From Phoronis australis (Eukaryota; Animalia; Phoronida), in assembly GCA_002633005.1 (NCBI GenBank), contig NMRA01000368.1, positions 236,396-300,395 of the forward strand: a stretch of 64,000 bases of DNA, read 5' to 3'. Every line of letters begins with the position of its first letter. Position 1 is the stretch's first letter. Of this stretch, positions 1 to 12,300 are shown one piece after another. A model generated the notes under the pieces. The model was given only the letters and a program-made list of their open reading frames with translations, was not told where the DNA came from and searched no databases. Made by a program: the position numbers and the translations under genes.

Positions 1-3000
1 TGCAGCAATCAAACTTGAAAATCAGCGACCAATACGCTGTAATTCAAAGGGGTCAGTCACTTACTGTAGAAATAATTCTCAGTTGTAAAAAGCATAGAGT
101 TTCTTGTTGACTGAGAACATGGCAAACTCCACTAATAGAAACATTCTCATTACAACAACAATATTCATTAACAATACTTTCTTTCATCAACGGCAAAATG
201 TATGAAATGCGATCGTTTATAAAACATGTGTCTTGAAAAAACTCACTGCTAATGAAAAACTAATATTTATTTTGCCCTCCGTTCCCATTCACGCTAAATT
301 TAAGCTATTCATCGCTACAGATAATCACCTATTCAAACTTTTTAGCGTACAATTTCGCAGAAATGAGTCACAGAAAAGGGGCTTCATGTGCGAAAGCAAG
401 ACTGCAGTAATTTTTTTTTTCAATGTCAATGTCAACTGCATATCCAAACACGAAAATGAGAACAAAATATCTGCGTGTTGATTTAGTTCTTAACCAATTG
501 TTGCTCATGCTGTCGCAAAATTGGCCTGAGTTTCAATGACAGCCATGGTTAAAACCAGGATGTCTCCAAAGTGTCTGAAAATCCGTCTAAACGTTTTATT
601 TTTGCAAAGACTTAACATTTTTTGCTACCCCAATAACATGTTGTTTTCTCTACCTTAGTACATATAAATAATATACTTATGTATCATATTTCCCAAGTAT
701 TTGATGTGAACTTTGAGAATAATGCAAAAAGTTGTTCATTATTCTAATAGCACGCTTGAAAGATTCCAAACAAGATATTCTTCCGTCCCAGTAACTACAG
801 CGTACGCTCTTCCATTTGGGGTACGATATTATTTGATGTATTGGACTGTATTTAGGTTACGTATTTGGTCTTTCATTGAACTAATAAACTTAGTATCAGG
901 AAAAGCATGCAGAGTGTAGTCCCTGAAATTGTGTTCTAAATTAAAGATTGTATGTTTGTTGTGAGAAATATGTTTTTGTTTGTTGCCATACTACTGGGAA
1001 CCCTTGATGGAATAATGTGTAAGCTCCCACCCGTGTCCGTTATTGTCTTGAAAATGCAACAAAATGCTTTGATAGAACTTCGGCTTAAAATGCATGAAAG
1101 GATGCGTTCCGTACGCGCAAAATTCTCGGGAAATCCCACTATCATGCAGTATTAGCGATCACATTAGCTTTTTTCGCGAAATTCTTAACTCTATGGTATG
1201 GCATGCAGTCCAGGATACCGGAATTTCGATTCCCTGATCTCAGCAGAGATGACATACGTTAGGCTTAATTTGTTCGTTCATTATACATGTAAGTTGTGTT
1301 TTTAAAATGTCACGTTTAATTTTGGATTAAATTAGTTTGTTCAATATAAAGTTGCTACTAACATTTCTATGTAAAGCGAGTCGAATTTTTTTTGAAAAAC
1401 TTAGATGAAGATCAGACTAACGTACATGTATCTGGACCATAAAAGTACTGAAATATATATTTTAGATTATTAGAAAAATTATGAAAAAGGACATCCATAA
1501 TAAGACCAGTTTATTGTAAATGTCTAGATATTTATCAATGGTCGTTGCTGCAGTAGATTTGCCGGATAGCACATTGTGTCATTTGTTGGGTATAGAGGAG
1601 AGGTCTTGCTATTGATTTCCATTATTTGTCGACGATTTTTTTATCACATGTCCGTTTTTTTGATGTAAACATACCTACACTATGAGTATAAGAATTATTA
1701 GTCCACGTACATGCCTCTGGTGCGTTGGTCACATCACGTGCCCTGTAGTGTAGCCCCAACGAACTCTTAAAGATAAACTCGAAAGGTTTGTCGTACAAAA
1801 ATAAGAGCAATAAATTTGCATACCCCAAAAGACCATCTTTAGTCTAGCGCGACAACTGATTAACAGTGAACAATCTTATGCCAGCCGCACACGACACGGC
1901 AACGGAAGTGCCTTACCCTGGCTTCACGGCATAGTCAACCTGTAGGTGGTGCTTCCCCATATGGAAACCCTCGGGTCTATTCCAAACCTCCAATTTTCCT
2001 TCGGTGGTGAATGTTGTTTGCACATAACTGGGCTTCAGTTACAAGAATGTCACGTGACTTTCAAATTGGCAAAACACACGTTACACTTATAACATTGAAA
2101 CAAAACAAAACTACTTCAGTCATAAACCTTTTCAACTCTTTACGGGATTTAATTTTACTCAAATTCCAATGGTGGAGCTGCAGCCCCGCCATATTGGACA
2201 TGTGCCGGAATGTTGCAATGTGGCTATAGAAGTACATGTATTATTCAATAAACGAATACGTCAACAAGAGAACGGGAGACGGTCACGCGGAGGCTATGCA
2301 TATACGTGTTGTGCCTGACTCCTTTAAAGAGTTCCCACCTTCCCACCATTCATAGTTTTTGAGATATCAGTTAGCTAATATGAAATGAATGCCATAAAAT
2401 CTAGCTACGTAAGCATTTTGTATGCCAAAGCAGGCTGATCGATGTAGGTTTGTGTAGGTTTAAAGTCATTGTATGGGCGCAGCAATCCAAAGAGACGTGC
2501 TTTTTCTTTCAGTTGTATTGACGTCAGAACCCCGTAATTGCGACAAATAGGCCTACATGTAAAAGTTTTATGCTAGTTGCAACAATACCAAAATCGAAAC
2601 ATAAAAGAGGTTATGCCAGTTGTAAAAACGCTATTCGGACGTCGCTCGACGGATTTCAATTGCATATCCACTGCTTACAAGTTGATTGCTGGTCGGACTC
2701 GGCGGGGTTGAAAGTTTGTTGCATTGACGTTATTTCTACGTCGATATTATGAGGGACCCAACGTCGGATAGACGTCGTACATGTAAATCGCCGTTGATTG
2801 TTGGTTGTACATGTGTTCTAACTTTGCTTCCACGTAGATGTTTTGTCGGATCCGAAAAGGCACAGACTTAGCAAAAGGAAGTTGATTGTTGGTTGGCGTT
2901 GCTTCAACGTTCATTATTTTTCATTAATTATTTCAGGGTAGCACGCAGGAGTTTACGCTTAGCCAAAACAAAGACGTTTTTTAAATGGCGTTTCGTTTTA

Positions 3001-3219
3001 GATAGTATTCCACCCCGAGTAGCAAAATCAACGATAAAAGAACGCTTTATGGCTTGGCGCCCTGTTATTTCTTTGCATTTTGTATACGGCACTACATCCT
3101 GATATCTACCATTTTTAACGGGTGTCTTACTTTCAGGCTCTTGCACTTGACAAGTGATGAAGCAATTGCCGGGTAATGTCAAAACATTAACCGGAACCAA
3201 AAGAACCAAAACTCTAACA

Positions 3220-3370
3220 ATGGCTGAATGCAGCCCCTCGCTGGATAACTGCAGAGTAGAAAATATAGATGAAACTCAAGAATCTAAATGCACATACACC
3301 GCTGGTGAAGAACCATCACCAGCGCCAACAAACAGTAGAAAGAAGGAGGAGGTGAATGAGGACGAAACAG
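3220..3370 (+). CDS. Coding exon 1 (MAECSPSLDN...EDET), acidic/disordered N-terminus
   Basis: ATG in acaATGg context; donor CAG|gtaacg at 3371; an acceptor ttactttcag ending at 3136 suggests an upstream non-coding exon. Confidence 0.7.
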
Positions 3371-6300
3371 GTAACGAATTGCAAGGCAGGTGATGTTATA
3401 CGAATGTTCCGTTCGTTGAGTTCCTTTACAAGAAACTGAAAATATCAATTCAATCTTGAGTACGATCATCGCCTATAAGGCGAACATATCACGTGTACAA
3501 AGTGTCATCTGACATCCCTGTCAACCTCCCTCATCCTTCTTACCTCCTTCTCACTCCCTTCTAAAACCGGGTTTTTTGGCTGTTTTGGAGATGAATAGGT
3601 CAAGAGTATTATTGTGGGCGTAAGTACATGTATGGACTGAGTAATGAGTAATTTCACTGGTTATCTGTGTGAATAGACATATGTTTGTATAAATAAATCT
3701 TTTTCAGTGAGGCGTGGAGATATGTTGGAAATGGTTTATCCCTGCACGGTTAGCAGAAGGTCATGGGTTCGAGTCCCGGTCAGGGGCAGAAATCTTTTCG
3801 GACTTACATTCATTAGGTCACGTCACGTGACCAAAAGATGGCGGGTTGAACGGGATAAACTATTTCCAACATATGCAGCCGATTTCATAAATGTGGATTA
3901 ACTTAAACCTGGTCTTCCTAAACCTGGTCTAATTTTAGACCTGACTTGCATTTCACCAACATGGTTTAAGAGTCTGAAAGCCTAGTTTTGCAGCTGGTTC
4001 AGTAAAACTGTTACTGTGTCAACCATATCACGTCTACTAGACAAAGTGTCATCTAATGTCAGAACAATTCTCGGACTCTTTACCGTCGGAGGTGTCCCCA
4101 CCTCCATCCCTCTCAACCTCCCTGCTCCTTCTTTGCTCCCCCTCTCTCCATTATGAAACCGGGTAATGTGGCTGTTTGAAAATGAGTAGGTCAACAGCAT
4201 TACGGATGGGTAAGTGTTGACTGAGTAATGAGTAATTTCACTGGTTATGTGTTGCTTTTTGAATTTGCTGGTTTGTCGGTGAAAACGTTTTTTCGATGTG
4301 AGAATCGTAAGTTAGGGCATATGTCTTGGGGGGAGGGGCAGCACCAGGATCACAAATGGGGTAGACGAGGAGATGATTTCACTGGCGGCTGTGGAAAGAT
4401 ATTGAAAATCACCAGGCATGGTATTTTGTGGACTCATTGTAAGCCTGGTACACCGATATGAAATGCCGACTTGGATATACATTTTTCATGACCCTTTATT
4501 TGTCAATCCAACATAATATTTCAGGAGAATCTGAACATGGATCGTATAGGCAAGGGCTTTCTGATGCAATCAATGGTCGAGTAATAAGTGGAGTGCATTC
4601 TCTCAGTATTTTTGACAACGTGGACAATCTCCAGATGGGGAACAACAATACTATGATTGAGTGTCAGGAGGAACCGGGAAATAGTGAGTACATGTGTTCA
4701 CAAGAAAGATTTGAATTTACAGGACACATAAGATATGACACAGTCCGAAACTTCATACAGAAAGGGTAAAAGGCAGGAATTTCTTGCTTTCATGCAACAC
4801 GAAAACGAAATATTTACTAAAAGTTATTTTAACCATCTTCTGATGGACTAATCAAAGTAAAAAATAAGGTGATTTTAGATAAAAGTCCAGCGCAATCAAT
4901 CAAATACTTTCTCGAATTCTACCAGTGAAGCCAACCCTAGACGTTCACCTGACTGAGGACAAAACCTTAATTCACAATGCACGCGGATATTTTCGTCCCT
5001 AATTCTTCCTGAAATGAATCCTGTTTGGTCTTCACTGATTAATTTTCCCATAACAGATTACTAAAAACGTTCAGCCACAGCCAATGATGTCATTTTTACG
5101 TTACATTTGGTAAACATACAATCTGTATTTTTAAATAATGATCACTTGTGCTTTGAAGATATAAGTAATCAGGTCCGTTTTCAATGTGCTTGATATTACT
5201 GAGCTTTAACTACACGTTAAACGCGAACGCGAACGTGGGTCGGAATTACTATGTCAAACCAATGACTTATACATTTCCGCGACAAGTCCTGTCACTCGTT
5301 TGGAAACAACGCGAAGACAACGAATCTCACGAAAGTGCAAAACGTGATTTTCAATTGTCCATTTATCATAAAAAGTCGTTTGATGCATGCAACTTTTTAA
5401 ACGTCTTTTGAAAAATTACCAATAGTGAAGTGTAGAGCATGATTGTGTCCCACACAGTTGGATGTCTGAAATATCATAGGAGGATCCAGAGGGTCAAGGA
5501 GATCCGAACTTCTTTTTACCCTTGATTTTGGAGAAATCAAATCTAAAAGTTTCAATCTTTTGACTTGAACCCCCTTTTCAAAAAATCTTTGATCCGACCC
5601 TCCCTTTAAAAATCCTGGATCCGCTCTTGAATATGACCTTTGTTTGGGGGCCCTTCTCCCATTGCGGATTTTTTCAGAAAATCCAAGGAAAACAGTGGCA
5701 ATAAGTGACACACATTTGCTGTCAAACACAGTAGCGTGTAGAGGTTTGATGATCTGTACTTAAATGCATGAGTCCTAGTACTAAGAAAGATGTTACATAA
5801 AGTTAAAGCTAAAGTAAACTAATCACTCCAAATTTCAAAAGGGATATGCGTAGTGACTGGAGGCTCCATCCCTGCCCGGGGCAGCAGCCCTGTCGCCCCC
5901 CTCCCCTCTTTCTGCCCTCCACTGCCAAAATATCTCTATCACGATAATATTCCAAGAAAGCAAATGAGATGAATGGCTTGATTAAACTGTAATGTTAGAG
6001 TTAAACACAAATCTTTTTTCTCAGTGCAATTTTGCTCAAAATCAGTGTTGGTATCACAAAAATGACAGCTTAAATTTTTTGATCATTTGGATGTTGATTG
6101 TTTTCACGGGGGACAGAACATAATGTTGTCACCATGGTCATATTTAGTTCCTCGAGCTGCCACCACTGTTTAACGCAGTTGCCGGTAACAGTCAACTTTA
6201 TGGATCCCTGAGGTCAGAATGACAGCATTATTCAATGGAAGTAACTGGTTCTGCTGAAATCTGGGACCAATCCGCGACCCAAAAAACCTACTAGTCAATG

Positions 6301-9300
6301 CCGTGCCACAGTGACATCACCACAGTGTCGCTCACACGGTGGCTATCATTAGGTAACCCTTCTCATGGGCGGCGCAGAACTGAAAAAAGTTGGGCTATAG
6401 CCCTCCAGTCCCTTTTTATGGGCCGCCCATGCTTTTTCAGCGGCGTTCGCGTTTGACGTGAAGCTAAAACTCACCAAAAGGAAACTCGACATTTTAGCAA
6501 ATAAAGAATCAAAGAAATTAATGACCGACGTTAGTCCAAGCAATTCAAACATTTGACTGAAAAACCTTCAGAACCTACATAACGTTGTTTTTCATTTTTT
6601 CTCAAACAGCGTGAATTCTCTTTGTATACACTATAAAAGACCTCCAATTTTCCTTTCCCGCACACACCTTATTACCTGAAGAAGAGTCTCTAAGGCAATA
6701 TCAGATACTTCTTACAACTCATCACCATTGGTTTCATGTCTCTAGAAAGTTAAGTGCGAAACTCTTGGTTGGCAAACCTTGGCTCTTTTGACCTCAGGTC
6801 ATAAGATATATCCTCCAACTGACTTTAGCTGCTGCAGGGAGCGTGCGTTGGCAACTGTTGTATCCCCTTCGCTTAAGTGTGGGTTTTGGTATTTGTACAT
6901 AATTAGTAGTGTACTCAGACGGTGGATATTCATCCAGGTGAATAAATAGATGCAAAAAAAATATATTTTACAACTTCTGTTGCCCAATTCTTAGTTCCAT
7001 TTCTGAGCAGAGAATGTTATTTGAAGTATTCACTAGAAAGCGAGAAATGAAAAGTTTACATATCAATCACGCCAAGCGATATTACGAGATCCTGACAGTA
7101 AAAGGCCCAGTTAGGTTTTCGTTCTTTGGGTAGGGAAACAAGGATAACTACAGGCTTATGTATACATATGAATGTAATTATATTTCAGATGAACTAAAAA
7201 AGGAGGACAGTAGCGGACAACCCTCCCATTGTACTACTAACACGCCTGGACGTGCGAATTCTTCTTGTGTCGCTGTTTTGCGTGACGTAAAGAACGCCCA
7301 GATAGGAAACTGTAACAAAATGATGGTTGCTGGTCAAATAAACAACGAAGACACAGAATACTTTAGGGCCCAACATGAACAAATTGGAAGTTCAAACCCA
7401 GACACGCCGTCTGGCCAGGTTTCATCAGACGGCAGCTCAGAGAGCACAATTAATGAAGGAATTAATAAAGGTAATGGCCCATGGACTGTATTTTGAAGGG
7501 TTCCAGCAAGGGCATTTCACAGTCTTATTATCGAAACACCACAGGTGTTACCTCTCAAGACCGACACTTTCAAGACATACACCTTCTTTAAATGAACAAT
7601 GTTGTCATCATATACAATTGTCAGAGCAATCTTATCCAACAGTTCATGTGACACTGGTGACATAGTCATTTGGTTTTATGTTGCAAGAGTGTAGTCACTT
7701 TTGTGCAAACTGATTTTGGCTAAAACTACTGCAAGGTCTTACAGTAGGCAGACAAGCGCCTTTGCTACATAGGGTATACCTTGTACAGAAAAGGAATCGT
7801 CTTTTGAGCAATGTCATGAACAATCAATGCAATGTTCTTCCAGAGTCACCATGGAATGTGGCTTACGTTATTTTATTATCCGTCCATTGATGCTCCGTTC
7901 CTCAAATTTCTTTGTCTTGTAAACTGGCATGTTATTCATGGTTCCATGTACTTACATCGTCTTCTGCCATCTGTAAGTTAACAAGTTAGTGGCTTATTGG
8001 TCCTGTAAAGTGTAAATTGGCCACGTTGGGTGTTGGCATATGAACAATGCGGATGGAGTGGCGTTATTGTGTGACCATAAGGAAGCCATGGTATTGCGTT
8101 TTAGGAACACTTAGACACCATAAATATCAGTGGATCTGTATTTGCCCATGTGGCTCACTTGCGCCCAAACAGACGTTCACAGAATATTTGAACGAAATTG
8201 TCCCCTTAACTTTGAGAACAACTTACTGAGTTAATGAACCCACCAAGTGGATCGCAAGTTTCACGAATCAAGTAAGGAGTAGTACGGGACATGGGCTGCA
8301 CATAATGGAGGGTTGGGGGGGGGGCTATGACCCCCTTTTATTTCAGTGCTGCGCCGCCCGCTGTCTACGCGGGGACTGGGGGGAGGGCATAACCCCAATT
8401 TTTCATTGATGCGCCGCCCTTGCTGGATACACGTGTAACTAAATGAAGTAGGAACTAAATGAAGTAGGCATCGTGTCCATAAGACCTTTGCTTTAATATC
8501 AATGATCACCGACAGAATGATAAACACAACAAATTTGCAAGTTTGCCTAAATACAACATCTTTTTGGTTTCAGGTGCCAGTGATGGTTGTTCTGCGGAGC
8601 CCGAACCAACACACGATATCAAATTAAATGAATTGGTGACAGAAGCGATCGATGGTAATTTATCAATGTACAAATGACACAGTTGACAATTACGGCGTAA
8701 ACACGTTGTAGCTTTAAAAATATGACACATAACTAATCATTATCGATAGAAATTTAAAGGTACAGGAAAAACCTATGTCACGTGGTAAATACTTTGCCGG
8801 TAGGCGTTTGAAATAACACAGTTTGACTGGAATGTAATTATGAGTTTATTGATCAAATGTTTAAATTTTCTCAAATAAATCGTAAAAATTCCCAAAGAAG
8901 GTTAATCTAATCAGTCTGTGATCACGTTTTCCCTTTCCCGTCGTTGTCATTGGATTCAACGTTACGTTTGTTGTCTGTGACGAGTTTCCTTTCTCTTGAT
9001 CAAGCCATCCATTGTTCCAAGTAGTCTTCATTTGACAGAATGCTTCGGAAAAAAACATAAAGTTCAGTCCGTCAAAGATTAGATATGTTAACATGAATTC
9101 AGTCCATCGAATTCTATATACGATGTATCCTATTGAAATTCGGTCCATCGAATTTCTGCTACAATGCATCGGATTGAAATTCAGTCCATCCAATTTCTAA
9201 CATTTGTGATATTTATGTAGCAATCCAGTGGCATCTCTTCAAGAAATATCTGCGATAACTCTATAGCTATCTGGTTGCCACTCTTCAAGAAATATACCTT

Positions 9301-12300
9301 CTTGAATAGCTAACAGAATATTCATACTGAACAGATTAAATGTGGCCGAGATAGATTAAAACATAAAACCCCAAAACTTCCTCCAAACGCTACTCGTAGT
9401 TAAAAACAATTCTCGGAACAAAATCGTATGATTCCAAATAAGAACCCATGCCGTCGCCAAACATGGTAACGGACAGCTACAGTTTTAAGTATTTTCTGAT
9501 CAATGATAACAAGATTATTGTTGTTGCATGAAATGGCTCGCCCCAAAGTTGACCAGTTCCCGTGAATTTAAAGTTACATAACTCTGCTAGCATAACATGA
9601 ACACATGGTCACAAATTTCGGTAAACAGCCAATACATTTAATTAATTACACATGCATTATTCGCATGCACATAATTAACTTTCTCATTCAAAACTTGCAT
9701 TTGAGTTTATTTGGGTAAAAATCCATGAGTGCGCATCAGTAGATATAAGTGCAGCACATGTATGAAATCTTTAATAACCGATACTGCACTCAAATCAAGA
9801 AAAATGTATGCATGTTCTCATTTCGTGATGACTGGCCAACTAATCATTTTGGTCATGGTGACAACCTGTACCTGAAGACACGTCTAAGGAAATAACGGAA
9901 ATATGATTAACGTGGAAACAAAGAAAAATGTCAAAGGTTCTGTTCTAGGGTAGCTCGTACTCTGGACGACACAATTATCTCCCTAAAAAATTATGTTTTT
10001 GCTTTTTCAGACGCTGAACATTTAGTTGACAGTAGCTCGAGATTGCTGCAGCACATTGACAGTGACTCGCAAGGTTCGTATGGAGTTGTCGTGCACACAT
10101 TATATCAATGCATAAAAATTTCTACTAACATTTTGGTGTGCAAACGCAGTTTTATTTGAAATAAAATTCGAGCACCATTTTGAACTGAAAGTAAAAAATA
10201 ATGACCAATTTGTTATTCTGAGCCGTCGGTGCGGGGAACATGGGCTGCAGGAGATACGGGTCTGAGAACAGTAAGACGACCGCCTTAAGCATCTAACAAG
10301 AATCTAATTTTTCAATACCTTAAAAAACAGAGCATGTGATGTATGAGCTACACTCTTCAAGGCTAACCTTCTAGGGAAAAGAGTTGGTTACAAGTATGTA
10401 ATGCAAATCCATATGGTTTTTGTTCCCAAATATCAATTTAAGCACATTAATGTGTCAATAAATAACATTCCTTTTATTGTTGATCAATCCTATAACATTT
10501 TCAAATTATTTGGTTGGGATGTTGCACAGAAATAGTGTCATATAGCTTCGTATAGATGTCTTTTTACATCTTCTACAAATCCATGTACTTATGAAGAACC
10601 AACAAACAAATGGTCGAAATCACACAACTTTAAAAGGGACTTACAACTAATCAAGTTACTGCTTAAGCTTGTGGGCTTCTGGTTAGAGTACGTATTGATG
10701 TGGTTAAGTTACATGTAGATAAATATTTCACTTGACATCAAATCATGTTTCAACGATTCAACGATCTTAAGCTCATTCTTGTCAATCACAGTTTTGGTAA
10801 TTCTCGACCAGTTGCTTGTATATCACGAAAAGTGGATGAGTCATGAAAGTTAAAACGTAAAGTTGGAAGTTCATTTCTTCCAGAAGACTACAAGTAGGCC
10901 TATAGAATTTGTTGCACCAGTGTTACAGTTGAAGGAATGAATCTACACATTATCTAATGCATAACGTTTTGGTGCGTCAGGTAACGATTCTCCTGCTAAA
11001 GAACACTCAAACGAAGGAAGGATGCGGACTGTGGAAAGCACGATAATAGAGCAACAAAATGCTGAGAACTCTCAGCTTCGGAAAGAAATTATTGTATTGT
11101 CACGTGGAAACTGGAAGGTGATTTTTTTAAAAAGTGGCTGCATCGAAATAACCTTTGAATGCACGAGTTTGGAAGATGTTGAAGACCTTAGAAAACAACT
11201 GTTGGATGGTCATTTAGATGGAAACCTCAAAAGAGCTTTCATGACCGAAGAAGTAACGAAATTGACCGAGGGTGTTGACTTTGACATCAGCATCGAGGTT
11301 GTCGATATACGTACAAGTAAGTGCAGTCACAACAGGATACTCGTGTAGTGCTTTAGATGGCAAATTCATGATGTAAATCGTTGGATAATTCAACTTTTCG
11401 CATTGCCATTCTCTGACAGGGCTTCATTTTCAGAAGTTTCAGAAATTGTACAATAAGCTTGTACTTGTCTGGCATGTACTGATAAAGCATTAGAACGGAA
11501 TAGAGAGTAAAGAAATCGTCTCTTGGTGTCTTAGCAGCTGTAACTCTGAGATAAAATCCTTCACGTGCTTATTGTAAACACTTCAGCACACAAGTTTGGA
11601 AATTTGTGTTCACTCTTCCGTGTTCTCCTTACTTTTGGTTTATTTAAAATAATCATGTTGCATTCCCTTTTTCAACAATATTACAATATGTCAACAAATT
11701 TTTGATGTGCCCAGTAATTTATTGCCACAGAGAGCGTGGTCTCAAAGTAAATGTTGCAAATTTCCCTGTTTTTGCCAAGTAGTGTCACCACGTGTGATGT
11801 GCTGGTGATTAACACTGGGGTGAGGGGTAAACACCAAATGTGTGAGACACTGTAGTAGCATAGAACCCCTGCTGTTAGGAAGCTCAATAAGAATCGCAAT
11901 TATGCAAATTGTGGTTGGAGTGTCCAGCTTGCAGCTTTCTTGAAATGTGAAAATTTGGTGTTCTGGCTCCAAGTATGCCACGTTTGCCTGAAACCGAGAA
12001 GGTCCGAGCTCTTGAACAAGTTGATGTTGATCTTCCCAGAATGTATTAGGCACCTCCTGACTCAGGAGTGGAATGCCATCACCCAGCTACGAATCACCAG
12101 GCTAGTAAACAGCATGCGAAGAAGATCTGTCGCTGTATTGACTGCGAGTAGATTGTCAACCCAATACTGGGAAGACCACTGTTATCTATCAGTCAGATCA
12201 TCACTATTGTCTATCAGTTGGTTGTTTAAAAAATAAAGTGATTAAGTGTTGCCTAATTGTCATTAGTTTTTAGTTCCATGGAACCAGCATTGAAATTGCT

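Noticed and set aside
490-1595. Possible TIR element upstream of the gene
   Set aside because: Similarity between the putative ends is too weak to call.
4684-4769. Longer exon 2 ending at aaagg|gtaaaa (4765)
   Set aside because: That donor is phase 2 and incompatible with exon 3; gtgagt at 4684 is stronger and in phase.
6674-6770. CTGAAGA...CGAAAC as a hammerhead remnant
   Set aside because: The core halves are about 75 nt apart with no convincing stem II.
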